A DNA stretch of 64,000 nucleotides. Source: Balanoglossus misakiensis (taxonomy: Eukaryota > Animalia > Hemichordata). The first letter of the stretch is position 1. Each line of letters opens with the position of its first letter. The stretch spans positions 9,491,403-9,555,402 of the forward strand of contig CM082587.2 in the NCBI GenBank assembly GCA_040954595.2. The letters are read 5' to 3'. The position numbers and the translations under genes were made by a program. Below the pieces are notes generated by a model, which saw only the letters and a program-made list of their open reading frames with translations, was not told where the DNA came from and did no database searches. Below, piece after piece: positions 1 through 12,792 of the stretch.

Positions 1-1031
1 TTTGGGTAATTTTTGTTGTTGTCATCCACAGTTCATTTCATAACTCTGAAGAAGAAAAATGTAAATCAAGTGACACTGAAGACCAAGATTTGGTTAGGTC
101 GAGGCGGGGAAGCTTCACAGTAACAAGGTCAAGCTCACTGTGAGTAAATATTATTTCTTCTGATGATCCCTTATATGAAAGTTGCCAGATTATGACACAC
201 TTTTGTTTTCTTTGTGCCAAAATCTGGCTTCAAATCTTGTCTCAACCTGGCCCAACAATCTTGTTAATAAGGATTAAATGAACTTGTTTGAAGAATGCAA
301 CGAAGTAGAGCGTTTCAAGGTTGAATGACACCCTATACATGCAACATTTTCATTTCATCAACTTCTGCAGATGTATAAAAGCCCAAATAATGCTAACTCT
401 GGACCATTTTAACTGTAAATATTGACCTTTTTTTCTCTCCATACATTAATAGTGGAATGTAGTTCAATGAAAGAAGTAAAATTCTACTGCTGTAGCATCA
501 TACAAGCGATAATTAATGTCCGTCTGGTCATATGACATATTGATAAATGGGTTCAATATAATTAAAACATATTTGAGCAGAGTGCAAAACAAAGGCAAAT
601 GTTCTAATAGCATTTGCATTGTTTTCGGGTATTTTATCTTATGACAGAAATTAGTTTAAAGGCCGACGAGCCTTTTACGCCCATTTGCGTAATTTTGTGT
701 GAACAAATATTACGTAGAATCCATGTAATGCAAAGTTTGCATTCAACGCAGTCAAATAGTGGACTGCCTTTGTTTCCTACCATATTTCATTTGCACAGTA
801 TAAGTAGATGTCCCTTCTTTTCACCAAATTTGCTGTCTTTTCCCGATCTCCAACACAGACTATGGCCGCCCCGCAATCTTGTCTGTTGTTAGTACAGCAA
901 ACTGCCTTATGGCATTGACTATACAATTTTTTAACACGAGTCTCTGGTTCAGCATGTGCACATTAACCTAATTGTGTTTGTTTGAAATTGATACCTCATT
1001 TTTCTTTCATTTCAATTTTGCATGTGTACAG

Positions 1032-1148
1032 AGAAAATCTGATGACTCCGCCAGGCTCACCACCTTCAAGGCGCCGTTTTATAGATGAGAAAAATGTTTT
1101 CTCAAGGCTGTCACAGACAAACTCACCAAGTGTTATTTATGCTGACAG
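1032..1148 (+). CDS. KIF21: KIF21-like kinesin, internal exon (linker before the WD40 tail)
   Basis: cag|...AG|gtaag; encodes ENLMTPPGSPPSRRRFIDEKNVFSRLSQ..., resembling the KIF21 TPPSSPP...NVFxRL motif; phase matches the next exon. Confidence 0.85.
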
Positions 1149-1229
1149 GTAAGAATGTGAACATTTATTGTATCTAATGGCATAATAACAAGCTTAGCTT
1201 TTTTGTCAGACCTGGTTGCTAAGCATTAA

Positions 1230-2335
1230 GCTGACTGCCCTTCATTGCCCGTCTATCTCAATTCAAGCTCAAATCACCAGAATACAGTTATACAGTCAAC
1301 AGAACACTTAATCATTGCACCACTGGTCTCATGCCATGAAATATGTAATGTGCCAGATTATGGCAGATGCAGGCCCTGGAGACAGTTATTTCTCCAAATG
1401 TTGATGCTGGTGTCCACATTCCGGTGATAAGCCCTTGGTGATGATACACACTTACTCCAGGACAAGGTGCAAACTTGGGACTTCATTCATGGGAACATCA
1501 CATTGTCCTGCCAGAGAAATCCAGAGCAGATCATTAGTGGTGGATTCATCAGTCTCAGTTGCACAACGGTCAACCACTCCATCCTCTTCCGCCAGATCTG
1601 ACCAATCAGGCAGATGCCTCCCTCATTGGGTGGGGCGCTGTGTGCAGTCACCTATCAACTCAAGGCCGCTGGACACTACAGGAGAGATCTCTTCACATCA
1701 ATGCCTTGGAATTAAAGGCTGCGTTTGTGACTGTCCAGTCATTTGTTCAGGACAAGTCGAATCTGTTGGTGGCTCTTCAGTTAGACAACAAGTCAGCGGC
1801 GGCATATTTGAATCACCAGGGGGAGGGAAGTCTCTACAGCTGTGAAGTCTCCATAGCTCTCCAGGTGTGACAGTTTTTCGAGTCTCGGAACATATTAACT
1901 CTATCCGATATGTATTTGCCAGGGGTGTCAAATTTTCTGGCAGGTCACCAGTCCAGGTCATTTATCAATCAGCACAACTACAAGTTTGACATTTTTAGGC
2001 AAGTTTGCAACAATTTTCATAACCCTCAGTTAGACCTTTTGCAAGCTGCAATACCACTCACCTTCCCCTGTATGTTTCTTGGAAGCCAGACCCCAGAGCT
2101 TTTGTTGTAGACGCATTAAATATCTTGTGGACAGTTATCTTGCTGTTCAGGTTTATTTCCATTTGCATCTCCTGCATTATCTGACTGTTTCTACAGTCCT
2201 CAGATATTTGAAGACACTTCATCCAGCCCGGTATCTCAGCCTGAAGCAACTTACGCTTACGCTTAAGACTTGTATGTTAATTGCATTAACCTCCTTGGAC
2301 AGAGGACAGACTTTGAGTCTGTTGGAAAGTGGCTA
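1230..2335 (+). pseudogene. Degenerate DIRS-type retrotransposon fragment (RNase H + tyrosine recombinase pieces)
   Basis: Frameshifted motifs DASLIGWGA...TQGRW...HINALELKAA...DNKSAAAYLNHQG, YLPGVSN, and VLRYL...LSLKQLT..KTCMLIALTS..RGQ. Confidence 0.8.
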
Positions 2336-2339
2336 AGAA

Positions 2340-3110
2340 AACTGTGAGCCATGATTTTGATGAACTGAAAGCCAGCTTTCTTCAAAGAATCAAGTCAGCA
2401 GTAACAGAAAACAACATTCCACCTCAACTAGCTATTAATTGGGACCAGACAGGTATTTCGATAGTTCCGGCCAGTGAGTGGACGATGGGAGTTGGAAGGG
2501 GCAAATAAAGTTCTGATCTCTGGTCTGGACAACAAGTGCTAGATCACGACTGTGTTTGCATGTTTGGCTGATGGTCACTTCCTACCATCACAGCTGCTTT
2601 ATCAGGGCAAAACAGATCGTTGTCACCCTTCATTCACATTTCCTGTCAGTTGGGACATCACACACACACAGAGCCATTGGTCTACAGAAGCGTCAATGCT
2701 GCGATACATTGAAGAGGTCATTGCTTCGTACGTACAAGAGACATGAGCAAGCCTGCAACTACCCGCTTATCAGCAGTGGCCATATTCCACTTGTATAAAG
2801 CTCATCGTACTGACTCGTTATCACAGAAACTTCGTGGTCTCAACATTTCTGCGGTATTTGTTCCGCATCGTTGACAGATAGGCTTCAGCCGCTAGATCTC
2901 TCCGTTAACAAGGTTTTCAAGGATCTGCTCAAGAGCGAGTTTCAGAAGTGGTACATCGACCGAGTGTGTGCATCTTTGACAGAGGAAAGTGATGCCCTTA
3001 TGTTCGATATGAAACTCTCGTATCTGAAGCCATTCCATGCCAAATGGGTAGTATCAGCACTTGTCTTGTCGCAGAGAACGACTGTAGTTGTTTCGGAGAG
3101 TCATGGAATT
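2340..3110 (+). pseudogene. Degenerate pogo/Tigger-like DDE transposase
   Basis: IPPQLAINWDQTG, FLPSQLLYQGKTDRCHP..FPVSWDITHTQSHWST, LQPLDLSVNKVFK; stops and frameshifts present. Confidence 0.85.
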
Positions 3111-3233
3111 CTGCCCTGTTTATTGTGAGAGAACTGTAACACTCAGTACATGTACTAGTATACCATGTTTATCACTGATTAGTGCATTGATGCTGAACTT
3201 GTGTCCTTATTGCTTAGTTTGTTTTGATATTAA

Positions 3234-4386
3234 AGTGGAACGACACCCCACAATTTTGGGCTTCAAAGTACAAACCGGGTGTCAAAAACGGCAACGTTCC
3301 GATGGGTTAATTCACTTTCACTTCCTGCGCAAGCAGAAGACACGAGTTGAAAATACTACAGTGACGTCAGCAACTTGCGTTGCAGTCGAAGCGCAGTGCT
3401 CTTACACGTTCGACGTGTCATTTCCAATAAACAGACACATTTTGCGCGGATCTGACATTGCGAAATGTCAAGTTCATGATTTTAAAAACATATTCGGAAA
3501 ATCGACGGGGATAAGTTTCTTTCAAAGGCAATGCTCTACGTGTATTGTAAATGTCGATGCGTGCAGACATAGACCCTGCAATGTCCACGATGCCATGCAT
3601 GTCGACGTTTATGAACAAACCATAAGGCCTATACAAAGTTGTTCTAACTGCCGCTGATAATAATAAACGTACCGTTTTAAATCCTTCCTGCACGTTTTTT
3701 GATACACGTATTTGGGTTTAATTTCCATTTATTGACGATCGCATAGTTATCAAATGAAAGCAACTAAAAAGGGCAGTTTTAATACATTTCAAGAGACGAA
3801 ACATGCATAGAATAACTATGGTATTTGGTTCCATTATACTACGGACGTACTACACCTGGAGAGCAGGACGATGCACCTGCGTTCTTTTCAACTCCATAAA
3901 AGGTGACAAAGTATTTTTGTAAGAAAAGTGGTTCGAAAAGGTGACAACGAGGGAGCATTGTCTGTTTCACCATAGACCCTAGGGTCTATGGTTTCACTGA
4001 AACCACACCAAGTGTAAGCCTTGACAAACGGGACACATCGGAGATCAGAACTGCATGAACTTTTGTCCTCTGTAAAATTCAGTCGCTTGGTCGTAGAAGG
4101 GAATCTCTGGTTCAAAATTGTAGCCTACTACCCGAGAATATGTTGCCATGCTAACGTCGTCGGTCACGTGAGTGCAGGCGTGTATAAGCATAAGCTCGCT
4201 CCAACGCGTCGGCAGCGGACAACGGTACCACAAGTTGCTGACGTCACTCACTTCCGGGTTCGCGCAGTTTTTGGCTGGCTGTAGCTCTGTTATGCGTAAG
4301 TGAAAGTGAATGAAACCAACGTTTTTCATAGTACTTTTTAATCGCATTTCGCAGAATGGCTCAAAAACGGATCACAACGTTCCACT
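3234..4386. mobile_element. Non-autonomous Kolobok-type DNA transposon, copy 1
   Basis: TTAA flanks (3230-3233, 4387-4390); termini AGTGGAACG...CGTTCCACT; near-identical inverted copy at 25165-26309. Confidence 0.85.
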
Positions 4387-4923
4387 TTAATATATTTTTT
4401 GCTTTTATTTGAACTCATTTTTCATCATTTGTATTAGTATGTATGCATGCATGTTTGTTCTAAAAGAGCTGTACTTGTCTATTGTAATGATGGTTGATTA
4501 AAACATACATCGCATAAATCAGTACAAATACTTGTGTCCACTGCCATCATTTCCCCATATGCATGATTGTGTAAATGCTTATGCATGTTGCTTGTATGTT
4601 TGCGAAAGTATGAAGAAACAACAAGGATGTTTCAAAATTACCATTTATTTCCAATACAACACTATTTCTTCGGTTAGTGCAAAGAGTGCACACATGTGCA
4701 ATATTTCCATGAGATGACGCAAGATGACCCTTACCCTCTAACCCACTGGAATGGGCTTTGTTGTCAACGCGGGTTTAACTTTGCGACTTTGTGGTACTTG
4801 CATAACTCGCTTAATTAAATACACTCCTATAATTAGCGTGCTTAGAGTACTTTGAAACAGTTTGTGCATGGAATTCAGCTTTGTGTACATTTGTGATGCT
4901 ATTTTTGTCTTTTTTTTACTTAG

Positions 4924-5060
4924 AGGGTGTATCACACCATGTACTGGTAAACAGAACACAAGTAAATCTCCCTTAATATGTAGTCACACAGCTGAAGGTC
5001 ATACAAAGGCTGTCCTGACTGTTGAAGCAACAGAACATCTCTTATTCAGTGGTTCCAAGG
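4924..5060 (+). CDS. KIF21: KIF21-like exon (first WD40 repeat)
   Basis: tag|...G|gtaag; GCITPCTG...PLICSHTAEGHTKAVLTVEATEHLLFSGSK. Confidence 0.93.
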
Positions 5061-5899
5061 GTAAGTTTCATAGATTAATTACATCATTATACAGCTTCAT
5101 GTGGGCTATGTATGGGAAAGAAAATAGTGAAGTGCTTCTGATTGATTACTTTGGAAACTTGAACTGTTGGTTCCTCTTTGCACTGCAGACATATAACTTT
5201 AGAAAGCTTTCTGTGTCCAGGTCATCATTTGTAATGTTAATGGCTTGCTCCTTCAATTTCTTGCGAAGCATCTTTTCATCGGTTTAATTTTAATGAGCAT
5301 GGCATACATATGAAAGGTGGGAATATATCCCCATCTTCAATAAGGACATCTATGTTCAATGTTCTCTTTATTGTGATAGAAAGGGCTTCTTTCTTTTATT
5401 GCTCTTTCATTACCGCACAACTACACAAACACCTAAGGTTAGCTTTGTGATGTTCCATATTGCATACGCTACATGCAAAACTGTTCCCCTTAAGTTAAGA
5501 TATGAATTTTCGGGTTGGATGGCATGGGATGCCTGGTATTCACCATTGTAATTCCCAGTGCAGAGACATTCAGCTCAGCAGTTTGGTCCAGTTGGTTGTG
5601 AAAATCATCTCTCAAATAGCAATTTTGTCATATATTATTTATGATAATAAAAGCATGAATGCTTCTGCTTGCTCTGTGATTAGAAGCTGACAATAGTAAT
5701 CACCGTAAGGTCAGATTGGAGGTAACAATACCTGCGGGCAATACGACAATAGACAACAATGGATATTGACAGTTTGGATAGTTTCTCCTTTCATCATCCA
5801 TATTTCTCCGAAGTACTTCAGTGCCACCAGGGCCTGTTATAACTGATAACGTAGCACAAATTTACCAATAATATATCAATCAATTAAAACTGATAACGT

Positions 5900-6060
5900 T
5901 TCTATCTATCTATCTATCTATCCATCCATCCATCAATCCATTGATTGATTGATCGATCAATAGTGCAATATCTAGATAGATCTATCCATTGATTGATTGA
6001 TCGATCAATAGTGCAATATCTACATAGATCTATGTATTGACAGACAGACAGATAGATAGC
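5900..6060. repeat. Compound tetranucleotide microsatellite (TCTA/TCCA/TTGA/GACA/GATA) with a short tandem duplication
   Basis: Directly visible. Confidence 0.8.
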
Positions 6061-6225
6061 CCTGCATATTGCCAATACGTAGCCAGATGTATAATAATGC
6101 TTATAGTTAATACATTTAGAATGTATTTGCCTTCTGTCTACTACTTTAACAGTATACCAGTAGTTGAATTTGAAAAAAATTATGAATACATATATTAGTG
6201 ATATAATATCTATGATATTTTTCAG

Positions 6226-6409
6226 ATCGTACTGTGAAAGTGTGGAATTTAGAGACTGGTCAGGAGATTATCTCATTGGTTGGACATCCAAATAACGTTA
6301 TAAGTGTGAAATACTCTGAAAGATTGGGGCTGCTGTTTAGTGTTTCAACATCTTATGTCAAAGTATGGGATATCAGAGACAGTCAAGCACCTTGTATTAA
6401 AACTTTAAG
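6226..6409 (+). CDS. KIF21: KIF21-like exon (WD40)
   Basis: ttcag|...AG|gtgag; [30 protein letters not shown]...[14 protein letters not shown]...CIKTL. Confidence 0.95.
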
Positions 6410-8199
6410 GTGAGTCTCTCTACATTAATAAGGAAAATATTGTATCATCAGTTGTGCTCATTTACTTGTGCAATTAAATGGGGGGGGGGGTGTAGCTTAT
6501 TATTAGGTCCCATTTGGTTATGTAATATACCATGGGACCTTATGGAATCAGTTGCGTCTGTATGTATGGATGGATGTATGTCAGTATGTCCGTCCACATC
6601 AAAAACTTGAAAACCGTTGCGTGTATATATATTTGGCGTGTAGATGCATGCTGGGCTGTAGATGGGAGTTTAATTTGTTCAAACAAAGTTGTCATTGCCA
6701 AAATATGCAAATTAGCTTGAAAAATGTGTACCTTATGTCAACCTTAAACAGTCATGTATGTTTTGAGCTAATATTATCGATTTTCAATTTTTTATGCATA
6801 TTTTTTTGTCTTTTTTCACATCTTTGATAAAAAATCTTCTTTTCTGGAATTGATCAGCTGACTTCTTTGACATTTAGTATGAAGCTTCATATATGTGATC
6901 TGAGTTACCATAGTTTAAATATTTGCAAAATTTGCATATTTACAATTTTTATCTTTTTGGATAAATTTTTCCCCCTCTAAAACCGCTTGTCAGATTGCAT
7001 TGAAATTTGGTAGGCATGTTCCTAGGGGTACCCAAGTAAGATTTGCATGTATGTTTTTCAAATCAACTTGAAGAATTCAATACTATATTTTTGGGTGATA
7101 TTTGGTCAAAACTCTTTCTCAGAACCCTCAACCCCATTGCTTTGAAATTTGATAGAACTTCCTGTGGTTGTGACACTAATCACACAGTCTTGCTAATTCT
7201 GTAAACGCCCTCAAGTGGTAATACTAGATTTTGGTAAGTAGCAGAGAACATTCGAACCTCTAGGCGGCTGCACTTTTGAAATAAAGGGCCTTACCCCCCC
7301 AAAATTGCAACAAGAGGTTTCTCAACGGTTTTCTGTAGTATTTAATTTCCTTAATAACATATAAAAAATCTACCCAAAATCCAATGGCCGGAAATGTGTA
7401 ATTTTTAAGGTTTTACCCAAGATGGCCGCCGTATACGTAATTTTCCATATTTTAGTATATTTTAGTTTTCTTGTTTTTGAAATATATTGTATATCAATGA
7501 CTTTTTAATACAATTATAGAGAAAAATTGGGTGTTCCTATACAACTTTTTTCAATAAGATGGTATAAAACTTTGTGAACAATGCTGAGTCAGCACTTTTC
7601 TGGCACACCTCATGCTACAGTTTTCCTATGCTGAAAATATCTGAACAGATATCTCAAAATGAAGCATGATGACATACTATGTTCTTTTCATCATTTAAAT
7701 AACACTTCAAAAAGAAAATGACAATATTAAAACGCTGTTTTCTCAAAATTGTACATCTTATAAGGCAATGGAATATGAAAATCATGCACTATATTTGAGT
7801 ATTCCCCTGCCTTAAATACTTAATTGTTCATCCTAGATCAGTTGATTAATCATAAAGGAATATGATACAGTTAGTATATGACTCTGCATTGTAATAATTG
7901 CCAACACTTTTCCATGGCAAGCAATAAAACGGGACCACCGTCAATGACATTGTGATCACTTGGTAGGATAGAATCTATGGCACACTTGTTTGATTCTTTT
8001 TTGAAAATTCAGCTTCTGCATTTGTTAATTGGGGCTTGTTGGTTTTCCAAAATATTTCTTTTACTTTAAATAGAGCTGTGGAGCATATACTGACCTCATA
8101 AATCAGTAAATTTTAGAAAGAAGGGTTTCCAGTTATCGACAAAACTGGAGCAGATTCTATGGTTTGGTCATGGGCTAATATGACAGAACTCCATGACCT

Positions 8200-8581
8200 T
8201 AGTCTAGAATCTATCCGTTCGTAGTCGCATTCACCCTACTACCGTCTAGGAACGCATAACCAAAATCTAGTAAGGCCATAAAAATGGTAATTTGAATGTG
8301 AATAGTCTCCAACTGAGCAGTCTGACGTCAGAGAAGTCAATCACTTACGTTGACCGACTACTGATTGGCCAATTAGGTGATGACGTTGAATGTTAATTAT
8401 GTTTACAATGTAGCTCCGCCCCGAATGATACATAATCATGATCACGCGCTTGATGTCAGACTGCTCAGTTGGAGACTATTCACATTCAAATTACCATTTT
8501 TATGGCCTTACTAGATTTTGGTTATGCGTTCCTAGACGGTAGTAGGGTGAATGCGACTACGAACGGATAGATTCTAGACTA
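8200..8581. mobile_element. hAT-like MITE with ~125-bp TIRs
   Basis: TAGTCTAGAATCTATCCG...CGGATAGATTCTAGACTA; 8-bp TSD CATGACCT at 8192-8199 and 8582-8589. Confidence 0.9.
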
Positions 8582-9114
8582 CATGACCTCAGCCCTCGAG
8601 CTGTGCCGTCCATATGTTATTTTCATGAGTGATGCGGTTGTATCCTGCGGCCGTACTTTCGCGAGCGCAGCGAGCGAAAGTACAGCAGGATACAACCGTA
8701 TCACGAGTGAAAATAACATATGGACGGCACAGCTCGAGGGCTGAGGTCATGGAGTTCTGTTATTATTACATATGTTCTAAAAATCACCACATTTTGAACG
8801 TAACTGGAGAGCCATTTCACTGCGGATTGATATCTTATTACTAAGATTATTATAATTAGCTACCATCTTTTGAGCTCTGTGATTGGTTTAAGTTTTTGAC
8901 TCTATTCATATGCAAATTACACCATCGCTTACCTAAGAACGCCACTCATTCATAGATAGCACTCACACAAACATGTATAATACTCAAAACAAACGATTTA
9001 ATCAATTCAACACACTAAAACTTGTAAATACGATAACATTAAAACGTTTTTTTGAAGCTGAAAAATTGAAAGTCAAATAGTAGGATCGGAAAGATGCACG
9101 AAATTCGCGGAAGT

Positions 9115-10671
9115 TTAGTCAGAATCAGAGTCCGAGTATAACATGGTTGGTCGTCGGCGTTTTGCTGAAGGAGTAGAACTGCCTCCAGCTCCGATGTTGA
9201 ACGTGAAGTTGAAAACCCCACCGGTGATTTGGGTGTTGGAAAATAACCCTGGCAATTGATTTTGGACTTGCTGGCTACACAATTGCAAGGAGCGCGATGA
9301 GGATGATGCGGAACTAACAAGGTCGCGGTTTTCAGGAGCCGGTGGTCGATCGCTCGCGTTGGTGGCTGAGAACGGTACGAGGGTTTTGGATGTGCTCGGT
9401 CGTGGATCGAATGTGTTGTCAATTCCACTCAGGATGTTACTCATTTTTCGTTGTTGATCTTCGTTTGCGACAGCATATCTATTCAAGCTGGCTGGATTTT
9501 TATGGCAGCTGAGCTGGGCTGCTGTATTAGGTGGTACACCGGCATCTAATAAACGTTGAACACATGCTTTCCGAGCACTGTGATTGCTGAGCTTGTCGGA
9601 GATACCAGCGGCTGTTGCCATCGATTTCATTATGGTGTTTAATTTATTTACACCCATAGGCTGCCTGCGAAACCATATGCCCTTACTGAGAGTGGCCGAC
9701 ACATACTCTATTCCCAGGTAGAATGGAGCATCGTTGGTTTTCATGTCTTCCGGCCTCCGTTCAGCGTAGGCCTTGTAAACACGCACCGGACAGGTCGAAT
9801 CTTTCGACGGAGTTGCATAGGCCTTTGGGGAGAATTTTCGTGTGTTGCCGGGTTCCCCACGTCTGGTTTTTGTTAGACGCTCATTGTAGATGAGATATTC
9901 CCCATTTTCGTCTGTCGCTGTTGTTACATCTCCCCATTTCATTTGTCTATGTTCATTGCTTCCTCTAAGGCCGAACAACTTGGTGTTATTAAGCCAGATC
10001 GTGTTAAGGATCGCGTTGGGTGTATGGGTGCCGAGCTGTCCGGCTTTAATCAGCGTCGCTTCATGGTCTTCCGTGATGGCATTTGATTTTTTGGGCAGAT
10101 TACCCTTCCCTCCAGCTTTCAATTGCTTTCTTTTGGCAGCCAGGGCTTCACGGCTTCTTTGAAATTGGTCATCGCGAATTATACTCACGCCGTAGTTGGC
10201 ATCACGCAAGTACCGGTCGATTGACTTCTGGTAACTTGATACGGAATCAGGCTCATATTCATCGCCGTTCTGTTTTCTCACGCTCAGGAAAAATCTGGCG
10301 AGCAAGGGGTCAAGTTCGGCAGGTGGAATAAGCTCCAGCTTACGAGTTTCTGTTGTCATCGTCTGTTGCCAGTGTTCAAAAATACCAACTTCCCGACGCG
10401 TTTTCATGGCGGTTTTCTTGTTTTTTTGCAACCCGATTAGAGCGCTGACGTCTTCGGTCGAGACCGCAGCAAATCTCCCGGACGCTGGCCGAGAAGTAGA
10501 CGGTTCTACGGGCGTAGAGCTCGCCGGCATCGCTTCCATCGCAGTCGCTATTTCTCGCTCTACCGGTGCCGAAACATCGCTTTCACTCGGATAATAAAAT
10601 TCAGAATCCAAATGTTCAAAATAAATACAGTTCCGCCGATCGTAATAGTTGTTTTCCTCCATAAAATACAC
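9115..10671 (-). CDS. Crypton-type tyrosine recombinase (DUF3504-like, ZMYM/KCTD1/QRICH1-related), 518 aa, uninterrupted
   Basis: RK.NG.EYEPDS, FGLRGSNEH (catalytic R), KTRRG (K), CPV, PFYL, WF.RQPMG.NKL, NHSAR (HxxR), CHKN (H), NRYA (Y). Confidence 0.9.
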   Translation of the reverse strand: MYFMEENNYYDRRNCIYFEHLDSEFYYPSESDVSAPVEREIATAMEAMPASSTPVEPSTSRPASGRFAAVSTEDVSALIGLQKNKKTAMKTRREVGIFEHWQQTMTTETRKLELIPPAELDPLLARFFLSVRKQNGDEYEPDSVSSYQKSIDRYLRDANYGVSIIRDDQFQRSREALAAKRKQLKAGGKGNLPKKSNAITEDHEATLIKAGQLGTHTPNAILNTIWLNNTKLFGLRGSNEHRQMKWGDVTTATDENGEYLIYNERLTKTRRGEPGNTRKFSPKAYATPSKDSTCPVRVYKAYAERRPEDMKTNDAPFYLGIEYVSATLSKGIWFRRQPMGVNKLNTIMKSMATAAGISDKLSNHSARKACVQRLLDAGVPPNTAAQLSCHKNPASLNRYAVANEDQQRKMSNILSGIDNTFDPRPSTSKTLVPFSATNASDRPPAPENRDLVSSASSSSRSLQLCSQQVQNQLPGLFSNTQITGGVFNFTFNIGAGGSSTPSAKRRRPTMLYSDSDSD

Positions 10672-11265
10672 CGTATCAAGTTCGAGCTGTTACTAATCAC
10701 CAGCAGACGACAATATTTACAAACAGAAAATAGTACCAGACTTATTTGCATAATTTTGCGTGAAATAATTTCTTAACAATGGTTTTCTATGTAAACATTA
10801 TTTCATGGCACGTGACCTTCACGTGACATGTTTTGAAATATATCTTCATTCTAAATACACCATAAAACACGTATATGGTTGTAAAAAATAGTGAAATGTT
10901 TGACATACAGTTAGAACAGCTGAATCCAGATCGATTTGCTTGGAATGGTCTCACATCTGACATGATGTTTTAAAGAAAATGCAAAATAAAATGGGGACTA
11001 TTTTATTTCATTAGTATTTAACATCTGTGAGAATACCAACTTTATTTCGCTGCTGTCAGATAGGTAATCTGTAATACATATGTAATAATTTGATAGTAAA
11101 CCCATCTGTAATAAGTTTTTGCAGGCCTTTTCCTTCGAATGCGATCCTAAAAAATAGGTTTTCCAACCACTCTTTTAGTGATCTCACTCCCAACAATGAT
11201 CTGTGCGAGCAGACGATGGGTTATCATATTCCATACCATTGTATGAATATCCATATTTCTATATG

Positions 11266-12792
11266 CAGTCGGCCCGATCGCCAAAAAAGGAAATCTCATG
11301 AATATTTAAATTTGGTGTCAGAGGTAACTTTTCGGCCAATCAGATCGCTCGAGACAATCAGTTCCAGAGAAAATTCGCATGCCCTCGGTTTTAGTTCTGT
11401 TAAATGAAGTCAAATTCGCCTAAATACTCAAATTTTTGCCTGAGGATTCCTTGAAAGGTGCTCTAGCGATCTACCGATGCGTTTTGAAATCGACCGTTGC
11501 GTTTTTTAGCGACAGATGATAATTTCTGCCATGCCCAAGTCCCCACTGTCAACAACGGCGATGATGGCTATTCTTGTATGCTTCCGGGTTTTAGTCCGGA
11601 GTTTTACAAATGAAGTTCAATTAAATAAAATCTACGTCGCCTAAATGCCCAGGATTTTGTCCGAGGATACATTGATACACGCTCTAGCTATCTACCGATG
11701 TGTTTTGAAATCGACCGTTGCGTTTTTTAGCGATAGCTGATAATTTCTGCCATGCCTACGTTCTCGATCTCACTGTCGACAACGGCGATGATGGCTATTC
11801 TTGTATGCTTCTGAAGTTTTAGTGCGGGGTCTTAGTTCAATTAAATAAAATCTAGGTCGCCTAAACGCTCAGGATTTTGTCCGAGGACACATTGATACAC
11901 GCTCTAGCGATCTACCGTTGCGTTTTGCAATCGACCGTTGCGTTTTGTAGCGACAACTGATAATTTCTGCCATGCCCTCACTATATACACAAGGAGCTAT
12001 ATACACAACGGCAATGATAACAATCTTGTGCGTGAGCTAGGCCGTGGCTCAGTCACTCGCGATCCGAAAGTTTCATGATTTTTTTTATTCACAATCACCA
12101 ATTACCGTAAATGATAGAAAGGGTCGAATTCACAAAATATGACGATTACCTCATGAATGTGCGGTGTCAACTTGGAAACTGTTAGCAACTTTGCCAAACG
12201 TAAATTACAACATACGCGCCGCGCAATAGCTCACAACACCGCTCATGCACGCTCACAGTCACCGTACAGAGTATACTACGAGTATCGCTGTTGCCCCTGT
12301 ATCAGTTGCGTCTTTATACCATACATGTAGCTGATATAGTCCGACTAGCACAAGTATGGATCGTTATACTGCCCTGCTCTTCACTTTAAATCAACTTGGG
12401 TTTTAAATACGGCCGCACTGACACTGGATAGTGAGGCCCAAAGTTTACTGGAAGCATTTACCGAGTCATCGTCGGCTCGCACGGGTTGTTGGATCAACCA
12501 AAGTTTCCCTAACGAACCCATGCGGGAACCGCTATATAAAAAACATCGTCCACGGTCAAAGGATTTGTTCTGCCAAGGTCTATTTTTCGGATACCAAGAG
12601 CTTGGCGGGCGGAGAGGTTACCTAGTATAAATGCAAGACAGCCTCAGGATGTCAGTGTTAGCAAAAGGCACTGGCCTTGTTGACATTCCTTCGCGCGTGT
12701 CATTTGTGCATATTTCTGATTGGGCGAAACGTTACCTTTGACACAAATTTAAATATTCATGAGATTTCCTTTTTTGGCGATCGGGCCGACTG
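11266..12792. mobile_element. Non-autonomous TIR DNA transposon with 5-bp TSD, superfamily unassigned
   Basis: ~60-bp TIR CAGTCGGCCCGATCGCCAAAAAAGGAAATCTCATG...; TSD ATATG (11261-11265, 12793-12797); three internal ~220-bp tandem units at ~11400-11980. Confidence 0.85.

Larger units (their letters stand above)
8175..11089 (-). mobile_element. Crypton-type DNA transposon (tyrosine recombinase)
   Basis: Single YR ORF; 14-bp inverted repeat ATTATTACATATGT (8762-8775 vs 11076-11089); ~200-bp terminal hairpin (8175-8768 after removing the hAT MITE). Confidence 0.75.

Noticed and set aside
3088-4347. ORFs repeated at 25197-26288
   Set aside because: They recur only because the same non-coding Kolobok element is present twice; no transposase motifs were seen.
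9890-10594. Plus-strand ORFs overlapping the recombinase gene
   Set aside because: They are antisense shadows of the GC-richer coding sequence.
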